Below the pieces are notes generated by a model. It was given only the letters and a program-made list of their open reading frames with translations. It was not told where the DNA came from and made no database searches. Made by a program: the position numbers and the translations under genes. Shown in pieces: positions 24,471-38,203 of a stretch of DNA of 64,000 bases. The stretch comes from Podarcis filfolensis. Lineage: Eukaryota. Numbering within the stretch: the stretch's first letter is position 1; each line of letters opens with the position of its first letter. Location of the stretch: NCBI GenBank assembly GCA_964270895.1, contig OZ185444.1; one strand, 5' to 3'.

Positions 24471-26556
24471 TTCTATGAATCTGTCTACTCTCTCAAATAC
24501 TGGTGGTGGCCAGTGTTTGAAATTTGCCAGGTGCATTTTGCAGCTGGCTATCAGCCACTTGCAGCCAGGTGAAGATGCCCGGGCGCCAGGATGGTGCCTG
24601 CCATCTTCACCATCTGGAGATGCATGCCTGAAATCCTTGGGTTTTGAATGTTTTCACACACTTGCAACACATCCTGTAGAATTCTTTATATTATATTTTA
24701 TTTGCACAATCAGAATGAATTTCAGGAACCAAAAAGTCATTTTGAAAAATACAACTTTCAAGCTGTCTGGCCCCAAAATGGCAACTAGGCATTCTTTTTG
24801 GCGAATGCAACCCTGGTTTTAAGGAATCACCACCTATAATCACTACATCTTCTGGTAGCAAATTCAATATCTTACCTGTGTACAGTTTGCACAGTCATTG
24901 TGTGCTAATTCCTTCTTTCACACAATTTTGTCTAATTCCAGCTGTTCATATACCAGGGCAGTTTCGAACATTGTAGGCAGATAAGCTGATACAAGTGTTC
25001 AGAAATGGTGTGTAAGATGGAAACTTATCCAGTAGCTTCCTTTGTTGTTCCTAATGCTGTAGTTAGAGGTCTCTTTGTTCCTTCTTCAGGATAAGCTTAG
25101 ATTTTTTCTTAGCTCCAAACACCACACCAGAAGAAGCAGCTTGACATATATGTCAGAAGTTTGGAGTGTATCCTTTGCCCTTGCTTTTTAGTAGGCACTT
25201 GTTATAGGTGATCCTAAGGAAGCAAAAAGCTAGTCTCTATCCTGCTAAGCTGCCAAGATAATACATATAGCTTTCATTTTAAATATCCTTCATTTTCTAT
25301 TATTTTTTTCTGGGGCATTTAGAGTTGTATTTAATAGAATGAGTGATGATTGGAGGTCTCCTAGAATGTTAGTTAAAAAAAAAATGGGGGATAAAGAAGA
25401 AAATTTGGTGTTTGGGAATCTAAGTCAGTCTTCCATAATCTATTGTCCTTCAGGTGTTTTGGGCTTCATCACTGGCCAGTGGTCAGTGATGATGGGAGTT
25501 GTACACCAAAACATTAAAGGTCAGCACGTTGGGAAAGCCTGACCTAAAGTTCTCTTCCAGGCCACATAGTACTAACCTTCCTGAGTCTTCCTGATGAATG
25601 TATGCCTTGTTTTTATATCACTTGGGATCAGAAGCTACTGTTAGTTCCATCCAGGATTATCTTCTGTTTATCTGAGTTGACCTTCTGAAGCTATTTTCAG
25701 AAGAAACACCTTTTCAGCTTTTTGTTATCTATTTAATATTACAATGTCAAGGATCACTGGTGTTACCACAATGGGATGAATCACCACTAAACTAGTTTCT
25801 GTCTTTTGAAATGTATTGATCTGCTTTGCTCCAGTGTCTTAAAATGAAACTTTGACTCATTAAGACAGTAGCAACTACATGAAAGCTCTGCTAGTGGTGC
25901 TATCAATGGCATTGTCCAGACAGCAACACCTCTCTTTAGTGGCACCCCAGTTATGAAAATCCTTCCCATTGGAGTTGCAGTTGGTCTCCTTAGCAATTTT
26001 AGGCACTTTAAAAAATACGTATTTATTTATTGAGGCTCTTGAAGGAAGTTCAGGCACTCCAAGAGTGTATATTTTGCTGGTTTGATTTACTTTATAACAT
26101 TTAACTTACTGTGATTTTTTAAAGGATCTATCATATTTTTTATTGTGTAGTTTTACAGCTTTTTATGTTGTATATCACCTTGCAATTTTTGGCTGGTGAG
26201 TGGCCTAGAGATAAACTAATAAATAATAATGTTTGACAGCATACAAAGAACCAAAGAAATGTGTATGTGTTAAACGCATAAAGGGATATTCTTCTTTACA
26301 ATCGTCAAGGTGCAAATGCACTTTGCACAGTCTTTTATTTATTATTGCCAGTTAAGATGTTGAATTTTCAGGAATCAGTTTCTGCAACTAAAAGTATAAC
26401 TATTGTTCTGCAACAGTATTAAAGATACAATATTTCCACCTTACATTTCATTTCTCTTTGTCTTTTTCAGAATTGTTTGGAGCCAAAATCCGTCTATGTT
26501 TGTGTCCGCTGTCTATTTTTAATATACTGCCCTACCTTGCTTGCTGTGAAGGGAGT

Positions 26557-27579
26557 ATGCATCTGGAGATCAAAGTTGCTCTGAACTTCATCATCTCATA
26601 TCTGTACAACAAGCTTCCACGGAGGCGGGCCGACTTGTTTGGTGAAGAGTTAGAGCGGCTGCTGAAGAAAAAATATGAAGGCCATTGGTACCCAGAGAAG
26701 CCCCTGAAGGGTTCTGGCTACCGCTGTGTTCACATTGGGGAGACGGTGGACCCCGTAGTCGAGATGGCAGCCAAGCGGAGTGGGCTGGCTGTAGAGGATG
26801 TGCGGGCTAATGTTCCTGAAGAACTGAGTGTCTGGATTGACCCATTTGAAGTCTCCTACCAGATTGGTGAGAAAGGGTCTGTCAAGGTCCTATATCTAGA
26901 TGACAGCGAGGGCTGCAGTGCAGCTGAGTTGGACAAGGAGATCAAGAGCAGCTTCAATCCTGACGCTCAGGTGTTCGTCCCCATTGGCAGCCAGGACAAC
27001 TCCTTGTCCAATTCTCCATCCCCATCGTTTGGCCAGTCACCCAGCCCCACGTTCATCCCTCGCTCTGCCCAGCCCATTACCTTCACCACTGCCACTTTTG
27101 CTGCCACTAAGTTTGGCTCAACCAAGATGAAGAAAGGCGGAGGAGCTGGAGCAGCCACCAGTGGCACAGGGGTTCCACCACAGCAGCAGCAGCGCCTGGC
27201 CAGGTCGCCCACCAATGGCCTGCTGAAGCACAAAGGTCTCTCCCTGTCTATGCATTCTCTGAACTTCATCGGGGGCAGTTCGGCCCCTCAATCTCAGCTC
27301 TCCCCCAATGCCAAGGAGTTTGTTTACAATGGTGGATCGCCAGGAGCTAGCAGCCTCTTCTTTGATGGTGTAGCCACCGAAAACCAGGCCGGCGGCATGC
27401 CTCCTGCATCCCAATTCAGTGCCAGTGGCGGCGGCAATTTTGACATGGCTCAGGTCTTTGGGGGCAGCACCAACAGCCTCTTTCTGGAGAAGACACCCTT
27501 CGTGGAAGGACTCAGCTACAATCTGAACGCCATGCAGTATCCCAGCCAGTCGTTCCAGCCAGTGGTTTTGGCCAACTGA
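26557..27579 (+). CDS. TOB2: Protein Tob2 (BTG/Tob family deadenylation adaptor), single coding exon, 340 aa
   Basis: [24 protein letters not shown]... BTG domain, two PAM2 motifs, C-terminus [22 protein letters not shown] typical of TOB2. Acceptor tctttttcag| at 26470/26471 shows the TTG start at 26458 in the track is intronic. Confidence 0.97.
   Translation: MHLEIKVALNFIISYLYNKLPRRRADLFGEELERLLKKKYEGHWYPEKPLKGSGYRCVHIGETVDPVVEMAAKRSGLAVEDVRANVPEELSVWIDPFEVSYQIGEKGSVKVLYLDDSEGCSAAELDKEIKSSFNPDAQVFVPIGSQDNSLSNSPSPSFGQSPSPTFIPRSAQPITFTTATFAATKFGSTKMKKGGGAGAATSGTGVPPQQQQRLARSPTNGLLKHKGLSLSMHSLNFIGGSSAPQSQLSPNAKEFVYNGGSPGASSLFFDGVATENQAGGMPPASQFSASGGGNFDMAQVFGGSTNSLFLEKTPFVEGLSYNLNAMQYPSQSFQPVVLAN
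26947..26985 (+). other. TOB2 PAM2 motif 1 ([13 protein letters not shown])
   Basis: Matches the PAM2 PABPC1-MLLE binding consensus. Confidence 0.9.
27292..27330 (+). other. TOB2 PAM2 motif 2 ([13 protein letters not shown])
   Basis: Canonical [11 protein letters not shown]2 motif. Confidence 0.92.
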
Positions 27580-30500
27580 CCACCATGAGAGTATTCTGGG
27601 GAAAATAACTTCCAAAAAAAGAGAAAAAATAATTAGAAATATTTGAAATCTTATAAATATAGCTTCTTGGAAAGAGACAAATCCTGATTCGTTGTGTCAT
27701 GCCAGGAAGCGCTGCTGAAGCACTGATTATTTTTTTAAACTTGTTTCCTGTGCTCTTTCCTAGCCGTTGTTGTACACTTAATGAGGAAGGTTATTGTTCC
27801 AGCCCAGCAGTGGTGGGAACCAGAGCCACTTTATATTATGTCCCATGCTGCTTCTTGGAACTGGTTCTCAAATATGCTTACTGCAAGGATGGCATTTTTC
27901 AGGGTGCTGTCATGTCCCTTGCAGCCAGATACCTTGATTTCCCCCCCTCCCTGTTTTGGAGTGATGGGGGATGATTTAGACGGCTTCTGGATGTGTGAAG
28001 TCTCAAGCACTTCCTAGGGTAGGCCTGGGCTTCTCAATGTGTAATGAGAGGCCCAGACAGTGGAGCAAATGTATTCATTTCTCATAACTCAGTTTTTGTA
28101 TTCCTATTGCAAAATGGGAGTAGAACAAAGTTCTCAGCTTCTGTTTCTTCCTGCGCTAACTGGTGATGGCAAGGCCTTAGCCCCTCTAGCTTCAGGGGAA
28201 TGCTGGAAGGGGCAGCATTGTAGCATCTGGGACAGGTTTTTCCCCCCTACAGTTTTCCATTGTAAGCACCTCCTCTCCCCTTAGCCCCCTTAAGAATCTG
28301 GAGTTAGATGTACTCTTTGGGAAGCTTAGATCCCATGTCAGCTGCTAATGCTATGATGTATAAATAGGACTCTAGATGCAAACACTTCTGACTTGTGAGA
28401 AAAATTGATCCATGTATATTGCACTCTCTTTCAAGGGTAGGAGTGAGAGCTGGCCTTCCAGGGTTTTTTTGTGCCTGAGCAGCCCCCATTGATGTTCCTC
28501 TGGACCAATTGCCTTGGTTTATGGGGTTCTGAGCTCTTCTGTTGACAGCTGAGCATTCGGTTACTAATTCTCATGGAAAGGATGGTTTCCTGCTCTTGAC
28601 TATGATAGCACTACTTTTTGGCAGGGAAGAGGGAGTTACAGTGCAGACTGCTTTCTGGATGAATAGCATGAGGGTTTGCACTTTGAATCTCATGTCTCTT
28701 AAGACTTCTGACCAAAAACCTTATGATTTTTCATTTGAAAGGAAGCAGGCATTCCTGTACGGAAGAGCGCCCCACATATCAGGTCCAGTCTGGACTTGTT
28801 CCATTTCGAGACTCTGTATGAGGAATGAAGTGGGCTTGCTGTAGAATGTTGCTCAACATGTGGTGAGAAGAAAGTGTTCTCTGATAAGAATGTAGAGTCT
28901 CTCCTTCCTTATTGTTGCTATTGAACTAGGAATCCTAATGGTATTCCCTGCATCTCCCTTTTCTGTCATGAGAGGACAGCCTGGAAGACAGGGACAGTAG
29001 TGGCCTTCAAGAGTGAGTTTTTCTTTTTCTTTTGGCAGATGATTGGCAAACCTTTCCCCATCTATGCCTTGTGAGATAATTACTGAGTCCAAAAGTTGAC
29101 TTATCTATGGCGATAAGGGGGGAGAGAGAACTTCAGGGGAGATAACATAGATGTGGCTGTGGATTACATACTCTAGGCATATTCTCTCCACCATCACTAT
29201 CTGCTCCCCACCCCCAAACAGCATGGTTTGGACCGTGTATAAAGTGTTGCTTTTGCACCTTCTCTGGCAAAGTCATATTGAATAAATAAGCTACAATTCT
29301 AGAGCTCTCCGGTGACTTGACCTGGAGACTTGCGTTTCCACTTAAGCTAAACTGAGGATTCCCTGTAGGACTGTATATGAGCCTTAACTGCTACAAGCAT
29401 CTGTCCTCCTGTGAAGGATGCCTAACTCTGCACTAGAGATCATTCGGTGAAATGGATGGGAAATGTCTCCTGCCCAGGCCACAGTGATGTGGCTTATGCA
29501 TGAGATCTTCTCTAGGTATCCCCAAGTTGAGCCCTTTTTTGTTTCTTTGTACCCCCTTCTTACCCCTGCCTCTTTACTGGGCTGAGGAAAAGGACACTAA
29601 AAAAGAAAAAACTTATTTGCATTCTGCCTGTTTTCTGTGAGCCACTAAGGGGTTGAGGAGGGAAGATAACTATTGGGCAGTAATGTGATGGGTGAAGTTT
29701 CATGAAGCTAGAAGTCTTCAACCTGAACAAGACACGTTAGACCTCTTCAGTAAACACATTTGTTTGTCTTCCCCCCACCCCACCCCCACTCCCAACATTA
29801 CCACTGCCACCCACTTCTTTCCCCTCAACATGTACTGTAGACTGCCATGCTTTTACACTGGACTTCCTCCCTAGGAGAGCTGCTGGCTCCCTATCTGCCC
29901 AGCATAATCTCCGCCGAGAACTTCCACATGCAGCAGAACGCTGCCCTGAGCCACTGCCTTGGGTTGGGGTTATGTACCCTTCTCAGGCTTAAGTATATTG
30001 AAGGGAGGGAGAGAACCTCACTAGCACCTGCGACATGTGATGTTTCACACTGCTTTACCCTGTTAACTGCTTTTTGAAAAGAAGTCTGCGTTCATAAGGA
30101 GGAAAAGGGGAAGGACCAACCTCTGTATTTCCTAAAGGAACACATACCGTGCTTCAGAAGCATTTCCAGTGCTGGCGACAATGAAACTCACGGCCTCTTT
30201 TTTGGTCTTGTTGTCTCAAGAGTTAGACGTTCAGCTTCAATTTTATTTTTAAAACCTGCACTAATTTACCTGGTTTCTTAGGAAGAAAAAGAGATTTTTT
30301 TTAACTTTTATTTTTATGGGTTTGTGTTAATTTTTTTGTTGTCCGTTTATATTGAATAATTTGCTACATTTGTAAAATGTAAGAGGTATATATAATATAT
30401 GTATATTTCTAACGTAAAAAAAAAATTGAACTTTTTTCTTTTCAAGATTTTTTCTTAGAGGAGAGAGAAAAAAATATTTTTTCAGGAAAATTTTAAAAAA

Positions 30501-30910
30501 GCAGCAGTGAAAGCTCCTTTTCTCCCCTCGCTTCCCTCCTTCCTGACCCTTTTTGAAGAGCGAATCAGCAACGTGTGATCTTGGAGTATGGATGGACACA
30601 AAGAGGACAGAATTATGTATGTTTTTTAATGCAGAGGTCCATGCTGTTCTTGTTTGGTTTTTTGGTTCTTACATGCAGGGGGCCATTGAGTAGGGATCCA
30701 GAGGGGGTTTCGTTCTTTTTCTTTCTTTTTTCTCTAGCGAAGGAGGAATACAATCAGAGTTTTGTATTCAGAATGTTGTGCAATATTTTGGAACAGGACA
30801 TTGGCGTGTCTAGAGATTTAGTTAAAAAACAACAAAGGTTGATCAAATCTGTACAGTTTCTATTGTTCCAGATTTTTTTAAGTTTGTATTAAAAGCATGA
30901 TATATAATAG
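27580..30910 (+). other. TOB2 3'UTR (~3.3 kb, predicted)
   Basis: Free of recognisable transposons; very U-rich distal block 30240-30900; ATTAAA at 30888-30893. Confidence 0.65.
30888..30893 (+). terminator. TOB2 polyadenylation signal (ATTAAA)
   Basis: ATTAAA at the end of the U-rich block, followed by a GT-rich tract (ttgtccctgttgtttgtg). Confidence 0.65.
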
Positions 30911-31808
30911 CCTCTTGTCCCTGTTGTTTGTGCAAGGGCACTAAGGGTTTGAAGGGTGGGAAATAGATTTTGGGGGGATTGGGAGGAACATTTCTCCAGA
31001 TGGGTGCAGTAGTGTAAAGCCAGAAAGTAAATGTCCTGAAGACAGGCTCAGCTCTTTGGAGACATCCCCAGGGTGAGCGAGGAGCTCACTGCAGAAATAG
31101 CACAGACCAGACGTGACTGATACCTGCTGAAAGCCACCTGGATGATAACGGGAAATGTTGCAGCAATGAAATCGCCCAAAGTATGGTTGGAAGCCACTGA
31201 ATGCCGTATATAAAGCAGAAAATGCTGTTTAGCACCATGACCCTTTCCTGGCTATTACATCTTTAATTGGACTACATTTCTACCACAGTGTTTCTATGTG
31301 GAAGTAAATTTGACTGAATTCAGTGAGATTTGACTTAACATTTGTGTATTAGAAGTAAGTCGGGGTGTATGAGACAACACCTAGCTTAAAGGATACCAAC
31401 ATTTTCTAAAATTTCTGCCTTATATAAGAAAACCCTTAAGTGTATTGGTTATTCCAAATGCTATTGGTAAATGCAATCGGAGGGCTTTGCGAAAATACTC
31501 GCTTTGCTTCCAAATAGTGTTTAAAACATGGCAGCATGACAAGTGCTAGTGATTGTCGGAGCATGCAAAGTTAACCGTAACAAAATTACGAAAAGTGCCC
31601 TAATTATATGAATAAAATGAAAGCATGTTACTACATAATGCTATACCAACCAAGAACTCAGAAAATAATGTTGCACTGGAGTTTTGTAATACTACTACCC
31701 CTGCTAGCCTGTAAGGTCAGACATGTCCAGAAATCAACTAGGATCCGCAACACACTGCCCTTATTCCTGGATTAAACAAAATAGGTTTTTTGGGTAGCAG
31801 TAGCAATC

Positions 31809-31822
31809 GCCACTAGGGGCTT
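31809..31822 (+). promoter_or_regulatory. CTCF-like site
   Basis: GCCACTAGGGGCTT, close to core CCACTAGGGGGCGC (imperfect 3' end). Confidence 0.45.
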
Positions 31823-34402
31823 CTTGTGGCAGACCGTTTTAAGTGTTCAGTTGGTTCAGTGCTTCAGGATTTGGTGTCCTGACATGTGCAAAGAGTATTA
31901 TGATGGTTTCAACGTTGCTTGAGTGTTGATTGTAGCTGCATGCAATGGTTAGAAAGCCAGTATTTTGGAAAGAATGTACAGTATTTGTCATGCAGCACTT
32001 AAGAAGCCGCCATTATGAGACCTAAAAAAGGAAAAGTGTTTTCTTCAAGTTAAGTGCCTTCCTCTAAGTAACAAACTATACCAAGTTTGGTCACAATAGT
32101 GCTTTGGTAGCCTAGCCAGAGCACCAAGTTCTAACATGTCTCCAGAAACTCCTGGATAGTTTCTCCCAAGCTAGGGTGTGGGGTGGTGGTTAGACATTCA
32201 TCACAGGGGACTCCCATGTTAAGAGAATTTGAAATATTGAGTCATTTGAGAGGGAGGGATCCTACCTGAACATGGGTTATAATGTCAACAGCACTGGTAT
32301 TTCTGCTTGCTGTCATTCCCTCTTAGGGCAACAGCAACTTACAGCATGAGTCATCCATGAAGGGCAAGGGAGGGCTGTCGGAGAACTGAAAAGAAGGCTG
32401 ATCTTGCAATGCTTAAGATGTGAAGACAGAGCAACAGGCCTGGAAAAAGTGGATTGGAATGTAGGACTGCCGAAGCCTCAATTGTTTAGATTATTGGATT
32501 TAAATAGGAGATACATGCTTCCCACACACAAAAGCAACTGGAAAATCACAGCTTCACAGAGGGCCTTGCATTCTACAGCACTGCAAGCCCAGATTTTGCT
32601 AAATAATCCATAGTAGCTAGAAGAGTTTGATGTGGTAATATGTCTTAAGGTTTTTGAGCTGTTCCCCAACAGTACAGGGGCTGGTGTAAAAAACCCAGAG
32701 AAATAGTAAATACTGGTTTTACTTTTTAAGTTTGCTGGCTTTTACATTATGTGTTCAGAGTTTATGTACATATTAGCAGTATCAGTCATGTTAAAACTTT
32801 CAATTTACAAAACAACAAGATCCAAACCAAATTCCAAGTTAGCTACCACTAATTAAAAACCAGAGTAAAAATGTCAGTTACCCTGTTAAGGAAGAGGCTC
32901 AGGTTTTAACTTTGAGCTTCCACAATGTGGAGTTTTTGCAACTGTAAAGTAGCCATCTAGAATGCTTTCCTACAGGCTTCATTGATAGACAGAACATGGC
33001 TTTCTGAGAATTTCATGTACGTCATGGTGGAATCCAAATATAAGAAAATGAAATATTTTTAGGGAAGATGTGTTTAGAAATTCACCTATTGTGTAGAAAA
33101 CAGTCAAGAATGTATACTTAAATATGAATTGGTACAGTTTCATAATTTGCATAGTAATGCAAAAAAGGGGTGGAACAGAGTTGCGTATGTGAAACTGACA
33201 CAGATCAGAATCGGACTGATCCCTCCCTTTACATCATTGTAACAGCAGGCAGGCACTAGAAAGGTGGTGTGGCTTCCACAAAGTAAACCTTTGCATCTCT
33301 CCAATTCAAAATGTACCAGTGCCAACTTTGCTGGCTGGACTTGTTGGAAGTATGGAGTGGGCAAAGGCAGAACAATTAACTGAGGGGGGGAAAGCAGGCT
33401 TCCTAGGTGTGCAAGACCCCCAACCAATTCAGTCTACATGCTGGGATGCTGATCTAATGTTTCTTTTCCCTTTCCCTATTGCAGAGCTGGTCTCCTGGCA
33501 CCTCTAGGTTAGTTTTGTCTTTCCTGAATGCCATGGCATGTCATAGGCTGGATGAGTGGCAGAATACACATGATCCCTCTGAATCAGGCCCCACCTTCAA
33601 GGGTTATGGTTCAGGCTAATGCACACATTTCATGACTCTTGTATAAATGAACAGTTAATAAGATATGTTCCATAACATCCTTCCTCTTCCCCACTGTACA
33701 TTATGTTTCTTACTCAGGAGTGTGATAATTCTATACCCTACAATGCAGGTTTGCGTTTGGGGATGTTAAGTCTGCCAACAAAAACACAGGCAAGTAGGAA
33801 AGGCCTGGGCCAAGGATAGCCAGCCTTAAAACCTTAAGTGCCTGTCTGTGCTCTTACCTCTGCTTTTCTGGCTGCCCTCCAACTTAAGCTGAATGAGTCT
33901 CGTTCACCCTGACCCCTCCACTAATTCGCTGGAGGGGTTACGCTTCCAGGCCTCCTGCTCCTCCCCACCTCTGCTGTGCTGACCTCACAGTGTGGTCACC
34001 TTAGACAACCTTTTGTGCTTATCAGAAACAATTTCGTCTAGTTTTTCTCTCTCCTTTAACTTCATTGACTTCCGTAATGAATGGCTAGCATTAATTAATA
34101 TTGCAGTCATTCCCAGTGAGAACAAAACCTGGGCTGTAAATAAGGCAAAAACACTCAGCTGTAGGTTCAGGGGCAATTGCATGTTTAAAAAATTGCTGAT
34201 TATTATTTGCAAATGCACAGAGTCACTTGCAGGGCTCATTGCCTTTGAAAGGATCAGCATATTTGAAAAGCAGGCCAATGTGTTCCTTTGCTGAGATGGC
34301 TTGCTCTACTTTAGCTTTAGGAACCATGTGAAATTATGTCACTGATTTAACACAGTTGCAGCAAGGTTCTATTTTTCTTTATCCCAGCATTGTGAGGATG
34401 CC

Positions 34403-34755
34403 GTAAAGGTAAAGGGACCCCTGACCATTAAGTCCAGTCGTGGACAACTCTGGGATTGCAGCGCTCATCTCGCTTTATTGACCAAGGGAGCCAGCGTACA
34501 GCTTCCGGGTCATGTGGCTAGCATGACTAAGCCGCTTCTGGCAAACCAGAGCAGTGCACGGAAATGCCGTTTACCTTCCTGCCAGAGCGGTACCTATTTA
34601 TCTACTTGCACTTTGACGTGCTTTCGAACTGCTAGGTTGGCAGGAGCAGGGACCAAGCAACGGGAGCTCACCCCATCGCAGGGATTCAAACAGCTGACCT
34701 TCTGATCGGCAGGCCCTAGGCTCTGTGGTTTAACCCACGGCACCACCCGCGTCCC
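34403..34755 (-). mobile_element. Full-length Sauria-type SINE
   Basis: On the minus strand: tRNA-derived head with A/B-box-like motifs, body, ACCTTT tail; TSD tgaggatg on both sides. Confidence 0.9.
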
Positions 34756-34904
34756 ATGAGGATGGGGTACTCATGTCCAAAGAGTAATGTTCTCATTAAG
34801 GCCTGCTTCCATAAAGCCCCCTGTTTTTAGCAAGAGCTGGTGTGTTTGCTCCCACAAGAGGCAGTTGATGGCCACCAACGTGGATGGTTTTTGAAGAGAT
34901 ACAC

Positions 34905-35340
34905 TTATGGAGAATAAAGCTGGCCACCAGTGGCCACTAACCCTGATGACTATGCTCTACCTCCACTGCCAGAGGCGGTATGTTTCTGAATACCCAGTTG
35001 CTGGAAACCGCAGGAGCTGCACTCAGAACCCACTTGCAGGCTGCCCATAGATATCTGGTTGGCCACACTGAGAACACAGTGCAGAACTAGGTGGGACACT
35101 GCTCTGGCCCAGCGGGCTTTTCTTGTGGTGTAATGGTTATGATGCTGGACTAGGACTAGGACAGTCCACTGGTGCTGAACTAGGTTCAAATCCTTACTTG
35201 GCCGTGAAACACTAGGGCTGGTGGTCTCTCAGCCTGACCTACAGCACAGAGTGGTTGCAAGGCTAAATTGCCTGGGGGGTGGGGGGACAGGTAAGAGAAA
35301 TCATGTATTCTGCCTTGAGCTCCTTGGAGGAATGGTGGGA
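34905..35340 (+). mobile_element. LINE 3' end fragment followed by MIR-like SINE fragment
   Basis: atctggttggccac..gagaac..ggactag LINE tail; then ggttcaaatcc B-box and gccttgagctccttggagga tail. Confidence 0.45.
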
Positions 35341-37015
35341 TATAACCGTTAATTTTAAAAGGCCAAGCTTTGCCCCCCGCCCCAGGAGATCAACAAGTGA
35401 CAGAATGGGAAGTGTGCGGCAGGAGAGACAAAACAAGAGCTAATAAGCAAAGTTCAATTCAACCTTCAGGTTTCTGTATCTGACTCCAGAAAAAGTATCA
35501 TTGCTTGTTACTGTCCTCACAGCATGGCAAGTGTGATTTAAGTTTTTCAAAGTAAATGAGACTTGATTCATGAGCAATACAGATGGGCATCTTTATCTAC
35601 AAAAGGAAGGATTTTATGTTCGTTTAAAGAAGAGCCTTTGAGTCAGTGAAGATAAAAGCTATTTGGCCTATTTATGTTGTGTTAATATTTAAAACTTCAA
35701 TCCATAAATCATGAGTAGGAGAAGTGCTTTATATCCCGGCAAGCAATACTATTACGTTTAACTTGTGCTCAGCAAACGCAACCACAAATGGGATAGAAGC
35801 TGCTGGGTTGTTCCAATTCTTTTGGTTAATGATTGGAATGATGCGTCTCGACAGCTGCCATGTAGTCTTTCAGCATCACAATTCCCTACAGCACAATCAG
35901 TCCATCCCTTCCCAGGGAATGGTAGCTCTGTGGGGGTAATGTGGCTCTTCTGATGACTCTTTGCATCCTTAACAAACTGTACTTCCCAGGATTCTTTGTT
36001 TGCAGGAAGCCATGACTGTTTAAAGTGGCATAATATCACTACAAATATGTGGTGTGCATGTGGCCTCTGACTGCCATCTACAATATGTGTCTCCAGAGTT
36101 CCAAGGAAAGTCACATTTCTACCTCTCTTATGCAGGAGGCAGAGGATGAACAACCCACAGGAATCTGTCTCAGCTTGCTGTTGCCATCACATCACAATGC
36201 CAAACACATGCAGCAGCAGTGTTTAGATCAGTATGTAAGTGGAGGCATACAATCCACTCCCTTGATAAAATGTTTTGTATCTTAAATAAATGGGCTCTGC
36301 TGCACAAAGTCTTGTAGAAAGGAATCAAGAAAGGCTCCAAAATAGCCCCCAAATAGATCCTGATTTTAACACAACAGGTCTACTTAGCAAAGAGAAGCTT
36401 TCCTTGTGAATTTTAGGGAGCATATAGAAGAATGGATCTCTTACATATTTTTCTGATTACATCTGATCTTTGTTTCCGATCTATTGTGTACTCCTCATTC
36501 TTTCAGGAGGATAGGCATGTTTTGCAGGAAAGCTAACAAAGAATTGCTTGGCATAATGTCTTTATAAATTTGTTAGTCCTTGAGGAAGGGGTGGGGAACC
36601 TGTGTTCCTTCAAATGTTGGACTGCAACATCCATCACCCCTGCCTATTGGCCAACATGGATGGGCTTCATTACAGTGTGCATTTCCTGTCCCCACCATCC
36701 AACGATGTGATCTACACAATGAGGTGGGTATTCACACATTGTGATGACATTGGACCCTGGCTAAGCTGAAAACTATGGGGATGCTGGTTTTGGTGTCAAT
36801 TTGAGTTTTGTAATGTGTATTGACTGTACTGCAGGAAGTAAAGGGAGATGCCATCAACCATGACTGATTGACAAGGGTGCCTATAGGATTCATGGTTTTG
36901 CAACCATTTTACGCTCATTCACAAATTAGACTGACATCACAAATGCTGCTGCATGTGCCCCAAATCCAGCCCCAGATGCTGGTATTACAGATTGCTGCAG
37001 AGATTATAAGCTCCC

Positions 37016-37021
37016 GTGTGT

Positions 37022-37055
<34 letters not shown>
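37016..37055. repeat. (GT)n microsatellite
   Basis: About 20 units with one interruption. Confidence 0.95.
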
Positions 37056-37058
<3 letters not shown>

Positions 37059-38164
37059 GGCTAGACATGCTATGTTCCAGTTAAAAGATACTACAATCTC
37101 TAGGTGGAAACGAAGATCACAACACACATTTCTGTTTCATACGTCAGATAACTAGGAGAGAAGAAAGACTTCTTTGTTCCATTGCCAAAAAGCACAAAAG
37201 GGAATGCAACAACAGAACTCCGCAATGATTATGCATACTCAAAATGCTGCAGAGGAGAGACTGAAAGTAGCACAGTGATTATTCCTAGATTAGAGAATTA
37301 AATACATCTTTAGGATTGGAACTTTGTGGGAAAAAATATCAAAGGAGCATTGTGTTCAAGCTAGGACATTTTGCAGTTGTGCCATCCTCCACGATAGGAC
37401 TGAAAGCTTGGAAGTAAATGGCAACAGTGGTATCACAGGGCACAGGACTCTGTGTTTTGCTTTTGCATAAATCTTATAACCTGGAGAGAAGACTGGTTGC
37501 ACAGATGTTATGCCTGAGGGCTCCTCCGCCCCTTTTTTTCCTTTTCTTTTTTAGCAATCCTTTCCCATGGAGACAAGGAAACAGATAACATGGCAACAAC
37601 ATTCAATCAGGTAATTTAAGTTCCCAAAAGAATTTGCAATTCTTTCCTGGGAATATGAGCAAATATTGACATGAGTCAAGACCGGGATGGATTTACCTGC
37701 AAGTATCTGTTTTCAGTACCAGATCACAGCCTCAGAACATGTAAGGCACACCTCGGATTCCACACAGAGTACCTTTCATTCACCACTGCCAGCCCCCATG
37801 CATTTGGGAAAAGGGTTAAAGACTTGTAGGTCACAGGATAAAATACTAGGAATTATTCACTGAATATGAGCCTAGCAAAAGAGATTTATCATATACTGAA
37901 AGTACCGGTACTGCATTTGGACACTAAATGAATTATATTAGGAGGATGTGTAACCATTCTATGAGGTTGTGTAGGAAAGGAATGGGGAGGACATACAGAC
38001 CAAATGTGGCCAGTGGAGAGAGCCCATTTCCCTCCCAACAAGGCAGCTGTGCCAGCTAGTGGGGCAGCTGCCTGCACTGTTAAGAACAGAGAAAACAACC
38101 CTGCAAGCACAAGCCAGTGAACAATCTCTCTGTCTGTGCGTCTCCCATTCCCTTTGGAACAGCC

Positions 38165-38203
38165 CTATAAATAGAGTCTTCTATTCTGGCCCTCTTGACG
38201 TCA
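38165..38203. promoter_or_regulatory. MEF2 + CRE composite module
   Basis: Perfect CTATAAATAG 38165-38174 and perfect TGACGTCA 38196-38203. Confidence 0.55.

Noticed and set aside
26458-26556. 33-aa N-terminal extension of TOB2
   Set aside because: Starts at a TTG inside the intron polypyrimidine tract, upstream of the acceptor at 26470.
26900-27615. Alternative-frame and antisense ORFs within TOB2
   Set aside because: Shadows of a GC-rich coding sequence.
35724-36352. Cys/Trp-rich overlapping ORFs, possible processed pseudogene
   Set aside because: No family recognisable and stops interrupt every frame; only a tblastx search could revive it.
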